From: Octopus vulgaris
Taxonomy: Eukaryota
DNA length: 64,000 bases
Assembly: GCA_951406725.2 (NCBI GenBank)
Contig: OX597838.1
Span: 2,976,001 to 3,040,000 of the forward strand
Direction: 5' to 3'
Part shown: piece after piece, positions 13,246 to 27,125 of the stretch
Position numbering within the stretch: position 1 is the stretch's first letter
Layout of the letters: each line of letters starts with the position of its first letter
Translations under genes and position numbers: made by a program
Notes under the pieces: model-generated
The model's database searches: none
Told to the model about the DNA's origin: nothing
Seen by the model: the letters and a program-made list of their open reading frames with translations, nothing else

Positions 13246-13648
13246 TATATATATATATATATATATACATATGAAAACACAATTATATGCATACAAACAT
13301 ATCTACGTACGTATGTGTGTATGAATAAAGACATTTCTTGACCGGCAAACTATTAAACGATAATGTATTATAATTGTCATCGTGTTTTTTTTTTCCTTTT
13401 TCCCATCAATGTTATAAACACACCAACACACACAAGCATACACAAGTACACACAAACACACACACACATATTTCACATACATATATGCGCACCACATGTA
13501 CACATGTATGTATATATGCGTGCATATGCATATATATATATATACGCATATATGTAAATATACATACTTACGCACAGGCACACAGGCTCACACACATACA
13601 CTTGTATCGATAGATATATGGATAGATAGATATATAAATAGATAGATA

Positions 13649-13703
<55 letters not shown>

Positions 13704-13830
13704 GCACACCGCACGTATTTGCATACATATATACATATATTTACATGTTAAATGTATATATGGGGAGGGAATGAAGATAGAGTGAGCGAGAGAGAGAGAG
13801 AGAAAGAACGAGGAGAGAGAGGTGTTGTGT

Positions 13831-13953
<123 letters not shown>

Positions 13954-14593
13954 GGAGAAATTATAGAAAATGTATAGGTAGATGATGAGTACACACACAT
14001 ATGTATGTGCGTATGTGTGTGTATGTAGCCGTATATATATGTGTGTGTGTGTGTGTTTGTGTGTGGAGGGTGTACATGCACAAATACACACGCATACGCA
14101 CACATGCGTCCAGACGTACATAGATGGATATACATAGTGACACGTGGGGCGGTTAAAATATTTCGTTCTATTGCGTTTGTTTTTTTTTGTTTTTTTAAAT
14201 ATTTTCGGCGAGTTTCCCCCACCCCACCCCACCCCACCCCCAACAAAATCCGTCAATAACTGCGAATAATTTTGTCCCTAAAGCTGTGAACATCCATCAC
14301 ATTTTTTTCGCATCTCAAAACCGATGTAGAACTCTACTTCAGTTTTCTGAGAACCAATTGTGAATTGATGGATTTCTTCTCAACGAGAATCATAACAATA
14401 ATATCTTCTTTTTTTTCAATGATGTTTTCATGCAAGCAATGTTTTCTTTTCTTACAGTGCCATCATTCAATTTGGAGTGTTTTGTCCGACAAACCGTTGG
14501 CCGCCATCTTTTAGATTTCAGTAAAGAAAAGCAAAACAATAACCAACTTGTACTGTGTGCCCTCTCTGCTTACGATCTACACACTCTTCTTAC

Positions 14594-14708
<115 letters not shown>

Positions 14709-14717
14709 TATATATAA

Positions 14718-14813
<96 letters not shown>

Positions 14814-14831
14814 AAGTCAAATAATAAAAGA

Positions 14832-14863
<32 letters not shown>

Positions 14864-15110
14864 ATGTGTAGACGCAAATACATGCCCGTCCGCCTTTCTG
14901 TTCTACTTAAGTATCTAAAGACCTCTTTGCATGAATCTGTTTATCTAAATAACGATCGAATTCTAAATATATACATGTGTGAGAGTGCGTTTGTGTTCGT
15001 ATTCATTAATCTATCAATCTCTATATTTATGCGTTTGTGTAGCTGTCTTCCCTCGTGTGTTGATCTATCAATTTATATAAAAATGAATGTTAATCCAACC
15101 ATCCTTCATT

Positions 15111-15237
<127 letters not shown>

Positions 15238-15309
15238 GACATATATATTGTACACATACATATTTCATTTTGGATCAGGGAGATAATTCTTTCTTAGAAA
15301 CATGAGTCT

Positions 15310-15840
15310 CGAAGCAGATAGAGCTATAAATAATACTGTGTAAATATTGATCTTTAAAAATGCCATTGAACAGAAAGATTGGATTCTGTGAGCGGGACTC
15401 GAAATCACTTCCCCTGCGCACATGACAAGCGTCCCACTAACAAAGTAAAATAATTCTCCGAAATTTTCTGTCCGTTTTAGAAACTGCATTCTTACCAGCG
15501 AGAAAGGAATGTCTTTGACATCATAAGAATGAGATCAGCTGACCAGGAGATGAAGTTGTCTCTTCAAGTGTTGGTGAAAAGAAGAACATCTAAGGAAAAC
15601 TGATGAATGACCTACATCACTTATATCCAGGCTGAAGGTTTCCGTTCGTTCCCATTGTAATAGGTACACGGGGCTACGTAACAACTTCTCTGCATTGAAA
15701 CCTAAAATTGCTTGGGCCTTCCGAAAAGCGAACAAAGCAGACTGATTTGCATTTTCCAGAGACAATCGATTGAAGGAGAAGTGGAAATTTGCAACACATT
15801 TCAGGGATTCGCCATTTCAGGTGGACATATTCACACGACC
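15310..15840 (-). pseudogene. Highly degenerate RTE-like LINE ORF2 fragment (post-RT region)
   Basis: Minus-strand peptides [24 protein letters not shown] and SSFHQHLKRQL occur in the same order as RTE GETLxxVxxFxYLGS..ASAAFGRL..ERFHQRCLR. Confidence 0.4.
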
Positions 15841-15857
15841 ACACTTGCATATAGACA

Positions 15858-15947
<90 letters not shown>

Positions 15948-16142
15948 GTGCGCGTGTGTGTGTGTGTGTGTGTTCTTGTGCATTTTTAAAGCTTTTCTTT
16001 TTCAGAATTCAATCCGGTCGCTAGTAAAGTGGCAAAGCTCTCTTAAGACATCTCTTCGATTTTAAGTTTAACTGAACCGATCGATGTCTATATGTGTGCA
16101 TCTGTGTTCATGGTGATCAACTTCACTTGTTGTGTGTGTGAG

Positions 16143-16282
16143 CCGTGGCTGTGTGGTAAGAAGCTTTCTTCCCAACCACATGGTTCCGAGTTCAGTCCCA
16201 ATGCGTGGCACTTTGGGCAAGTGTCTTCTATAAAAGCGTTGTGAGTGGATTTGTAGACAGAAACTGAAAGAAGCCCGACGTG
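16143..16282 (+). mobile_element. SINE family B head
   Basis: GTGGCTGTGTGGTAAGAAGCTTTCTTCCCAACCACATGGTTCCGAGTTCAGTCCC. Confidence 0.85.
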
Positions 16283-16289
16283 TATGTAT

Positions 16290-16466
16290 GTATCGTTAGC
16301 CACTACACACACATTTTCTCTCCTTGTTTTCTCTGTGTCCCTTTCTGTGGAAGAGCGTAGGCTCGAAACGTAGATGACTTTTTCTATTCCTGAGCGTTAT
16401 ACGAATACATCTGTTTGTTTTGTACACCACCTGCCTTCGTCTTTTGTTTTTTTTTCGTAAACTCTC

Positions 16467-16468
<2 letters not shown>
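16290..16468 (+). mobile_element. PLE pseudo-LTR-like repeat P1 with variant hammerhead at 16341-16376
   Basis: Near-identical to 6686-6860; CTTT-CTGTGGA-A-GAGC-GTAG-GCTC-GAAAC-GTA. Confidence 0.7.
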
Positions 16469-16510
<42 letters not shown>

Positions 16511-16863
16511 AAACAAGTCAAAAATAGAAAATACTAATATATATATATATATATATATATAAACAAGTAAAATAATAAAAGAATATATATACACAAGAGT
16601 TGCGGAATGGTGTAAGCTCCATTCTGTAACTCTTGTATTCTTTTCCGCACACTAGGCAACCCTGGTCGCCTACCGTGGAATATAAAAAGAGCTTTCTTCT
16701 ACTTATCGTTCTTCGATAACGAAAAATAATCCGCAATAAACTACTATTGTCCCTGAAAGTTGTTTTTTATTTTATTTACTAAGGATTGCTTGAAGCTAAC
16801 TTATTTCCTACACCTCGATCCCTGGATCTTATATTTATGTTTATGTGTGTGTGTGTCCTTCTT

Positions 16864-16962
16864 AAACAAGAATATTATTGAGAGTGACTACGAGGTTCCG
16901 GTCAGCTAAGCCATCTTCGGACAGCCGAAGCTTCGAAGTCACTATCAATAATATTCTTGTTT
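16864..16962. repeat. Short inverted repeat with about 30-bp arms, MITE-like
   Basis: AAACAAGAATATTATTGAGAGTGAC ... GTCACTATCAATAATATTCTTGTTT; related half copy at about 59352-59408. Confidence 0.7.
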
Positions 16963-17017
16963 CAGAATAATTAACTTATACCCTACAAAAGTATAGTCAC
17001 CTACCAAATTAATACAT

Positions 17018-17024
17018 GTATACA

Positions 17025-17058
<34 letters not shown>

Positions 17059-17260
17059 CATACATATATACATACATACAACCATACATACATACATACA
17101 TACATACATACATACATACATACATACATACATACATACGAATACATACATACATACATACATACATACATACATACATACATACATACATACATACATA
17201 CATACATACATACATACATACATACATACATACGAATACATACATACATACATGCATACA

Positions 17261-17290
<30 letters not shown>
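17018..17290. repeat. (TACA)n microsatellite
   Basis: Direct reading. Confidence 0.95.
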
Positions 17291-17291
<1 letters not shown>

Positions 17292-17929
17292 CGTGAAGAA
17301 TTTCAAACAGACGGGTGGAAAATCTCATGAGAAAGAACACTGAATAACCACGCAGTACCTTAAAGTTACGTAATATGCGGTCGGTGCACCTTTTGAAACA
17401 TGTGTAGTACATAACTACCTATTCGATTCCTTTCATTCGAAGACTTAATTACTGCGTGACAAGCAACTTCTGTTGCTATATACCGGTGTTGAATAGTAGC
17501 AGTCATCTTATCGGTATTTTTATCTAATGTCGATGTGGGATCAAGTGTATTGAATACATAGATTAAATAAACTTTACTGGTTGATTATCATCTCCCGTGT
17601 TATCTATACAGGCCTTGCCTGTGCGTGAGGCTAACCGTTTTAACCTCAGCCATTTGGATATATGTGCGTGCGTGTGTGCGTGTATGTGTGTGCGTGTGTG
17701 TGTGTGTGTGTGTGCGTGCGTGCGTGTGTGTGCGTGCGTGCGTGTGTGTGTTTGTTTGTATATATCAAAGGAGACATGGAGGCGAGGGGCGAGAAACAGA
17801 TAAAGATAGAGATAGATAGAGATATAAATAAGTGAAAGCTTCTGTCCGTGATCCGTTTTGTTGTATGACTTACAATGGACGGTAGTCACACGGTTGAGAG
17901 ACTGAAGCCAGTGAAAGAAACACACGCAC

Positions 17930-17986
<57 letters not shown>

Positions 17987-18082
17987 CATATGTATATATA
18001 TATATACATATATATATATATGTATATATATATATACATATATATATATACATATGTATATATATATATATATATGTATACT

Positions 18083-18140
18083 TACTTTGATACTTTGATA
18101 GGTTTCGGCCATTATTGGCCCAGGCCATGTCTAACTTAAT
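18083..18140 (-). mobile_element. Extreme 3' end of a CR1-like LINE with stem-loop and (TCAAAGTA)n tail
   Basis: Minus: KLDMAW-like ORF end, GGCCA-ATAA-TGGCC hairpin, 8-nt tandem tail; same sequence at 49463-49528. Confidence 0.55.
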
Positions 18141-18160
18141 AGCACCACCTGGTATATATG

Positions 18161-18229
<69 letters not shown>

Positions 18230-19011
18230 GTATATATATATATACATATATATATATATGTATATATATATACATATATATATATACATATGTATATATA
18301 TATATATGTATGTATATGTATATATATATATATATATACTTATACGTATGCGTGTATTTATGTAGGTATGTATGTATTATGTGTGTTTGTGTGTATGCAT
18401 GTATATATGTATGCATGTGTTTATGTGCGTATTGTATATATGTCCATGTATGTATATGAACGTATGTTTATATGTATATGTATGCTTGTTTATGGACGTA
18501 AGTATATATTTATGTCTGTATGTACGTACGTATGTATGTATACATATATGTATTTATATGTGAGTGGATTGGTGGTGACTGCAGCTCAGAAAGATTGATG
18601 CATCGGTGCAGACAACACAAGCAACAACAACACAAACAACAACACTAGTAACAACAACAACAATACTAGCAATAGTAACAAAAACGTCTGCCAGAGATGC
18701 AGGCGACGAAGTTCACAAACCATTGAACAAATGATGAGATAGTAAGGTTCATCATTGCTATAAATATCTTTAAATATATCCTATTTTTGACGGTAAATAC
18801 GCAGATATGACATACGGTTAAATAGCCGTGTCCGTGTTCCTCCGACACCAGCACAGAATACAGGCGCCACCTATCGGCATTCGGCCGTAAACAGGGAGTG
18901 AGTGTCACTTACGAAGTAAGTGATGCAAAAAGACGATAACAAATACAGTTTGTATTTGATTGATGGTCAAATTTGTAGTCGTTGTCAACGACTTCCGGTT
19001 ACTTCCGGAAG

Positions 19012-19068
<57 letters not shown>

Positions 19069-19591
19069 AGCTTTATATATACCGGTTATATTTAGATATG
19101 TCTCCATCGAAACAGTGGCATCTGTGAGAAATTTTGACAAGAAAGTATGTAACGGGGAAAAACTTTGTCGCTTTCAATCTCCGGCCTCTCTATCTCCATC
19201 TCTTCTCTCTCTTCTTCCCCCTCTCTCTCATACTTTCTCTCTTTTTTCTTTCTCTCTCTTCTCTCTCTTTTCTATCTCTCTCTTTCCTTCTCTCCCCATA
19301 TACTTATGTATGCACATATGTATGTGTGCGTTTGTGTAAATATAATATGTATGCATGTATGACTGTGTGTACATGCATGTATATAAATATACATATATAT
19401 ATATATGTGCGTGTGTGTATGCATATATATATATATATATGGTTTTATGCCTCTCTCTGTGTGTGTGTGTATGCGTGTGTGTGTGTGTATTCATAGGTCA
19501 TATATCCTATATTCCTATCATTTGTCACGGAAGATATGTTCAAGCATATATTTACACACACATTACATTTTACAATTTATACACACGCTCG

Positions 19592-19633
<42 letters not shown>

Positions 19634-19664
19634 CGCATCCTGTATACGAGGATGCTTTTCATCT

Positions 19665-19770
19665 TTCAGGGTAGATGAAACCAGTACCAGTTGTATACTG
19701 GGGTCGATGTAATCGACTTAACCCCTCCCCCAAAATTACTGGTCTTGTGCCAAACGTTTTAAAACAATAT
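19665..19770 (+). mobile_element. SINE family A 3' fragment
   Basis: AGTACCAGTTGTATACTGGGGTCGATGTAATCGACTTAACCCCTCCCCCAAAATT. Confidence 0.7.
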
Positions 19771-19834
19771 TAACCTCTGCTATGGTATTGAGTTCTCTTT
19801 TTCTAACCCCACCACCCCCGTCAGAGAGAAAGAT

Positions 19835-19867
<33 letters not shown>

Positions 19868-20034
19868 AAGCGAAAGAGTCAATGACTATTGGAAAGATTG
19901 CAAGACGCAACGAAAGTTTTAGAAACAAATAAATAAGTAAATGAGTGGAAATCGAACCGGTGAGTGTGTTAAGTAATAAGGCACTAAAAGAGAATGACTC
20001 TCCCAAGACACAATAATATACATATACATATATG

Positions 20035-20113
<79 letters not shown>

Positions 20114-20664
20114 CATTAGTATGATTGTTTTAAACATATCGATAGATATTCAATTATTAATTATCAAATTTTGTATCAATACATTTCCATAATTAGTGAA
20201 ATATTTGTTCAAATAGATTTTAATGCAAATATAGTTTCTTTGACTAATTGGTCAATTAAATTTGTTGATTGTCTTACATAATTAAATATGCAAATATGAG
20301 TGTCTGAGCATATGTATCGACATATACATGTATGTATGCATGTATGTATGTATGTGTGTGTGTGTGTATGAGAGGGGGAGAACAGATTTCTCAGGGAATA
20401 TTAATGTCGGCATTCGCATCATGGCGTTGTCCTCAACAGCATCACCACGTGCAACACACACAACCACGTGACCACGATACCAACCACCGCCATTACGAAC
20501 AGCATCTTCACACTGAAATCAACACCTTCAACAGTACTACACATTACTACTGCTGCTGTTGCTGCTGCGAGTATATGCACTCATATGTATATATATATAT
20601 GTTGTATTGTGGGTACGCACCCACACTCATGTGGGTATATGTGTAGACTGTGTTATATTATATA

Positions 20665-20791
20665 ATCTCCGAAGAGGCCTTGTAATATTTTTGTTAATGT
20701 CTCATTTATATCTATATATTGACCAACCATAAAGGGCTAATATTGGTAAAATGAGACATAATTATCGACATGGCCGAAACAGCTGTAAGAT
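20665..20791 (+). ncRNA. Type-I hammerhead motif with extended stem II (core CCGAAGA)
   Basis: ATCT-CCGAAGA-GGCC..TGTCTCATTT..AAATGAGACA..GGCC-GAAAC-AGCT-GTA-AGAT; perfect stem I ATCT/AGAT. Confidence 0.65.
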
Positions 20792-21053
20792 CTAATTTAT
20801 ACTTATATTTATATTTACTTGTATTTATATTCTTTTTTATATATATTCTTATTATTATACAACATTACTCTTTCATGTACACTTTTATGTACATTCCTTT
20901 ATGTACACTGATTTGTTCTGCTTTTTATATTTAACCCTACAGTCTCTTATGTGAACCCTACAGTCTCTTATGTGGTGGTTTAATAAAGTATGTGATTGAG
21001 TATTATCTGGTAATTGATATTTGATTTAGATGTATTTCTCCATTTTCTTATCT

Positions 21054-21110
<57 letters not shown>

Positions 21111-21384
21111 GTGTATTTGTGTGTGCATACAAACACACAAATATATATATATATATACATACATATATATATATAAATACATACATACATATATAAATGA
21201 CGCGAGAGAGAGAGAGAGAGAAAAAGAGAGAAAGGTAGAAAGAGAGACCAGTTCACATTAGCTGGTACATAGCCTGACTTACACAAACAATTGTACTCTA
21301 TGGTCGTGTTAAGTACTTCTACGGATCGTTATTCTATAGTGAGAGAGAGAGAGAGAGAGAGAGATAGACAGTCAGACAGACAGC

Positions 21385-21470
<86 letters not shown>

Positions 21471-21769
21471 ACAGTCATATAAAACAAACATGCATTCATA
21501 AGTATTCATGAGAGATTGGATTTCATAGGCCCTGGAAGAACGAAAAGCAAAGACAACACACAGCAACTTATTTTTGGTGCTCCACTGATTACATACTGGC
21601 AAAATTAAAATTAGCACTGAAGGACTAAGACCTGTTTAGTTGATTATGTACTTAAGTATAAAACATCACAACAGACTACATCACACTGCTCCACGTGCCA
21701 CTGCGGCACAGTGTATTCTACTGCACCGTTGTACATTACTGTACACTAGTCTACATTATGTATGCCTGG

Positions 21770-22012
21770 TTCTCCGTTGGTTACGACGATGATGAGTGTC
21801 CCAGTGGATTTGATTGACAGAACAGCTTGCTCGTGAAATTAACGTGTAAGTAGCTGAGTAACCCACATACGTGTCTACCCTTAACGTACTTCTCAGGGAG
21901 ATTCAGTGATACACAGAATATGAAAAGGATGGCCGTTTTGAATTACGGGTACATCTCGTTTTTGCCAGCTGAAGGGACTGGAGCAACGTGAAATTAAAGT
22001 GTCTTGCGCGAG
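21770..22012 (-). mobile_element. SINE family C (RTE-like tail)
   Basis: CTCCGTTGGTTACGACGA..GCTCGTGAAATTAACGTG..CTCAGGGAGATTCAG; same family as 27722, 47503 and 63635. Confidence 0.75.
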
Positions 22013-23012
22013 AAGAATATCACCATTTGTAAGAATATCACCATTTGTGACAACATTCATACGCACGCGGGCGCGCATGCACATTCTGCACTCACGTAGC
22101 GCACACATATACCACAAACACAGACCTCATACACCCACAGAGCACGCATATCACACATATACACACGCACATCGCCTCACGAAAGAGTTCACAATGCAGA
22201 TGAAACTCGATGACTAACAGCCGCACTTTTTAAACTAAAGGACTTACTATATGGAACATTTTACTGTAAGAACAAATGCATGGCAACATTATATCAAAAC
22301 AAAAAAACGAATGCTTCTCTGCAAGAAGATACAACCCAGATGCAACGGAAAGCAAAACCAACTTTTTCCCTTTGTTTTTTTGTTTTTTTTGTAGGTGGGG
22401 ATGATTATGACATTTGGAGCGGCGGATGGAAGTGAATTGCTCGTTCGGGGTACATTTCACAGGCGTAATAGACATTAGGCGAACTTGTCTGAAATGTGCA
22501 GAGGGCGACGAAACTATTTTGCACAAATTTGTTCAATTTTTGAGCCTTGATGACATCTAGCATTACATTCGCATTTATGAATCTTCTGGTTATCAACTGA
22601 GCTCCTTGGGAAGTTCGCTTCCATCCTATTTCTTTCTTCGGGCCTGGAAGTGCAATCGGGTTTCTTCTAGCTCGTAGCCCTCATTTCATGAGAGAAGTGT
22701 TTCCCTCTAATGAAAGGTGTCTTGCCTGTACTCAGCAAGCACGAGTTAAGCGAAAGACACAGTATGGAAAGAACCCATCGTCATTGCTACTCCGAGTAAT
22801 CCTAGAGCTAAGTGGTTCCTTGATTGCCCCTCCCCTCATTTTGGCTGGTGGTTTTTCTTGTAGTCTGATAATTTTCTATGTCTGTTGCAATCTCTCGTGT
22901 TTTCTGCCATTCACCACTCTGGAGCCAAATATAACAAATCATCATCATCATCATCATCATCATCACCACCACCACTGCTACACCACTGCTCCAACAATAC
23001 CACAATCACACT

Positions 23013-23059
<47 letters not shown>

Positions 23060-23398
23060 TATCATCGACATCATTATTTTCTCTGTAATCATTTTCCTCT
23101 TCATCATCATTATCATCATCATCATCATCATTAGCTGCAGCAACAGCAGCATCACTCCTGACAAATCTCTTCATTTCCTGCATCTTTCGCCACTGCAACT
23201 CCCTGTCACACCCCCACACCCCCACCTCACCCCACCCCTCTATATGTGCACTGACTGCAATAAATATGCAAACTAATAGATTCCGACATACAATAGCAAG
23301 ACTAACGCTTCTCTCATCATCACACACTCCATTCAATCTCTTTCAATCTCTCTCTCCCTCTCTTTTTCTCTCCCCCCACACACATGCACACACAATAA

Positions 23399-23432
<34 letters not shown>

Positions 23433-23743
23433 ATAAATACATAGACAGACGCACGCAGGCGCGCGTAGATAGTAACGAACGAAAGAAAGAGTGCTCAATG
23501 GCGTGATAGAGTAAAGTAATTTATTTAGGCTGACTGGGTCGGCTGTTACCCTGGAGTTTCCCCAGGCGACCAGCTTATCAAACAGCTTTCAGTGCGCGTG
23601 TATGTATATGCACGTACGCCTATATAATGCATATACCTATATGTTTGTGTGTATGTGTGTGTTTGCGTGTGTGTACGCGTGTGTGCCTGTACTAAAGATG
23701 GATAGATGGTGAGATTAGATATGTATCTGTGTGAAAAGCAGAT

Positions 23744-23789
<46 letters not shown>

Positions 23790-23845
23790 CTGTATATGCA
23801 TACGTCGATGGATAAATGCATGTGTGGGTAACACTGCGTGTGTAC

Positions 23846-23931
<86 letters not shown>

Positions 23932-24804
23932 GTATATATGTATGTGTGTGTATGTACACACGCATACGCCTCTGTGTATCCATGTATTGCGTATTTATAG
24001 ACTCGTCGCCATCTTTTTGTCCACAAATTTTCCCTCACCATCGCCTCCAACTGCTCCTCCCCTGCTTCCTCATTTACCATCAATTTCACCCCCTTTCTCT
24101 TCCCTCCCTCCTCTCTCTCCTTCTCTCTCTCTCTCTCGCTCTCTTCGTCGATCCATTTTCCCCCATCTTTTTTACTCATTCACACACACACACATACATA
24201 CATACATATCTCTACGCACTTATACATCCACATTCATCTTTCCAAACCCAATCCACCCACGCCCTCCACCATCATCATTACTTTCTATCATGCCCGCCAA
24301 CCGTACCTATAAATGTAAGACCGTCATCAAAATCATCACATGACCTGCCGCCATTTTCCCAACCTAATTCTCCCCGCTTTCAATTATATTTGTCTCTTTT
24401 CATCCTTCATTATCTCCCCTTTATTTTCCCTTTCTATTTCCATTTTACAACAAACTTCTTTCTCTCCTTCCTTCTTTCTTTTTATCTTTTTCTTTTTTTT
24501 TCCTTCTCTATAATTTTACTTCTTCTTCTTCTTCGGCGTCTCATTCGTTGTCTTTATTACTTCTACCTTTTCCAACTTCTCCCGCTTTTCCTTATTCTTT
24601 GTCAACTTTAGGACTTCCTCTTCTTCATCCTCATCATCTTCCTCTTCTTCTTCTTCCTCTTCTTCTTCTTCCTCTTCTTCTTCCTCTTCTTCTTTATAAT
24701 CTCCTTCTTCTTTTCTCAATTCCAAATATATTTTTCCCCCTTTATGTCAATCCATATCTTTCATTCATAAATACCAACATGTGAGTGTCTGTATGGAGAC
24801 GTAC

Positions 24805-24835
<31 letters not shown>

Positions 24836-24987
24836 AGCGTGTGTGTGAGAGAGAGCGTGTGTGTGTGTGCATGTTCAGTAAGGGGGGGCGTTAATATCAT
24901 CGCTGAGACGGAAGCGAAAAAACAAATACACATCCATCAGGACATTCATACTTTATGTACATGTGTATATATGTATGTGTGTGTATA

Positions 24988-25053
<66 letters not shown>

Positions 25054-25082
25054 TATGTACAATCATATATATATACACACAC

Positions 25083-25121
<39 letters not shown>

Positions 25122-26002
25122 TAGATAGATAGATATATATATGTGTATATATATATATATGTATGTATATGTGAGTGCATATATCTATATACTATATGTA
25201 TGTATATATATATATACATATATATATATACATATATATATATACATATATACATAAGTATATGTATATATATATATGTATGTGTGTGTGTGTGTGTATT
25301 TCTCTAAATCGTGTTTTTAATAGCTTCTCGCTTTTTCTATTCCAGGCATCGTCAAATCCTATTTATATCAAAGTATTGTCGGATTGGCTTGTCAATTGGT
25401 GTGTAGCCGTGGTGGAGGGAGGGGGCGTAATGGTAGTGATAAAGGTAGTGGTGGTGGTGGTGGTGGTAATGGTATTGACGGTGATTGTGGCGTTTGTTGG
25501 TTGTGATGGTTGTAGTGACGATGGCGGTGGTGATTTGGTGGGAGAGGTTGATGGCGTTGGTGGTAGTGGTATTGTTGGTCGTGGTGGTATTGTCGTTGTC
25601 GTTGTTTTGGTGGTGATGGTGGCGGCGGCGGCGGCGGTGGTGGTGATAGTGGTAGTTCTGATGGTGGAGATTGTAATAGGGATGGAGGTGGTAAAGGATT
25701 TGGTGGTGACTGTGATGGTGGTGGTGGTGGTGGTGTGTTTGATGGTTGTTGTCGTGGTGGTGGTAGTGGTGATGATGGTGGTGAACACAGTTGTAGTTGT
25801 AGTGTCGCGATCCCCGGAGTTGTCTATGGTCTCAACCATTGTAATGATGGAAGTTGGTGTACGGTGTTCCATAGACCGTTTATTTTTCTTTACTTTTCAT
25901 AGTGGTGGCCACTGTGGAGTGACCACGACACTTCTAACCGCGTCACTGATCAGTTAAACCCTATATAGTTAAGGCTTGTACATACATACATACATACATA
26001 CA

Positions 26003-26061
<59 letters not shown>

Positions 26062-26185
26062 TCATATGTCGATGCCCTATGGACAGACACTGGTCTCTGG
26101 GAGACACAACACATGACACTGATGATGAGGGACAAAGACCTTTCGAGAGACCTCGACCATGGATCCCGGGAACTTTACCCGCCCT

Positions 26186-26264
<79 letters not shown>

Positions 26265-26274
26265 TATATGTATA

Positions 26275-26537
26275 TGCAGTTATGGTCGATGAAGAAGGTA
26301 GTAGTGGTACCAATAATTGTCGGAGCCCTGGGAACAGTGAGTAAAAATTTCGAGAAGCACATGAAACAAATAGGGGCTGCAATAAGGGTGGAGTACTTTC
26401 AGAAAACAGCACTGCTTAGAACCGCCCGAATATTCCGGAAGGTGCTCGAAAAATAAGAGGTGTTACCTTCGTTCACTGGTAGTGAACAGCTGACACAGTA
26501 GAACATCTCCAGCGTTAGAAGCTGTGCAAAGGCAATG

Positions 26538-26596
<59 letters not shown>

Positions 26597-26598
26597 TA

Positions 26599-26672
<74 letters not shown>
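26275..26672 (+). mobile_element. 3' end of R4/Dong-like RLE non-LTR retrotransposon with (TAA)n tail
   Basis: [51 protein letters not shown] (stop 26454-26456), short 3' UTR, then (TAA)n. Confidence 0.85.
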
Positions 26673-26673
<1 letters not shown>

Positions 26674-27125
26674 CTTTTCTTTATTTTCCACAAGGGTTCA
26701 AAGAGAAACAAAAATACGATGAATGCTAAACAGATGACCTACTAAGATGTGCGCAGTGGAAAAAAATAGACAAAGACGAAAGGTGTGAGGTGTGGGGATG
26801 ACAGGGGTTATACAATTAAAGATAAATTGAAATTTAATCAAATTAATAATTACTAAAAAAAAATGAAAAATCTAATTAAGTACACAATAATTAAAACAAA
26901 ATATAATTAAAACGAAACAAAACTTGAAAACGATTTGACTGCTCGTCGACCCACGGTGGGGAAAACGACGTGCCTCGGTCAGGTTACAGCCCCCACATCA
27001 CTACCCGTTTAATTAATGTTCCTGGTACTCGCTCGCGTACCCAAAGTCACACTTTAACAGTTTTGGAAATGTATGAGATAGATACGAACTCACGATTGGT
27101 TTTCTTCATTGTAATATATATTATA

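Noticed and set aside
18083-18140. GGCC-hairpin-GAAAC as a hammerhead half (also 49463-49528)
   Set aside because: No CUGANGA or stem III; better explained as a CR1-like 3' stem-loop with an 8-nt tandem tail.
22400-22810. Possible RTE relic or exon (DGSELPKEL on the minus strand)
   Set aside because: Only one weak motif among stops; cannot be supported without a search.
25175-25957. Thr/Pro-rich mucin-like ORF
   Set aside because: Degenerate (GGT)n low-complexity DNA open on both strands; no signal peptide or exon boundaries that I can support.
26115-26170. CTGATGA-T-GAGG..CCTC-GACCATGG
   Set aside because: GAAA strand and stem I are missing.
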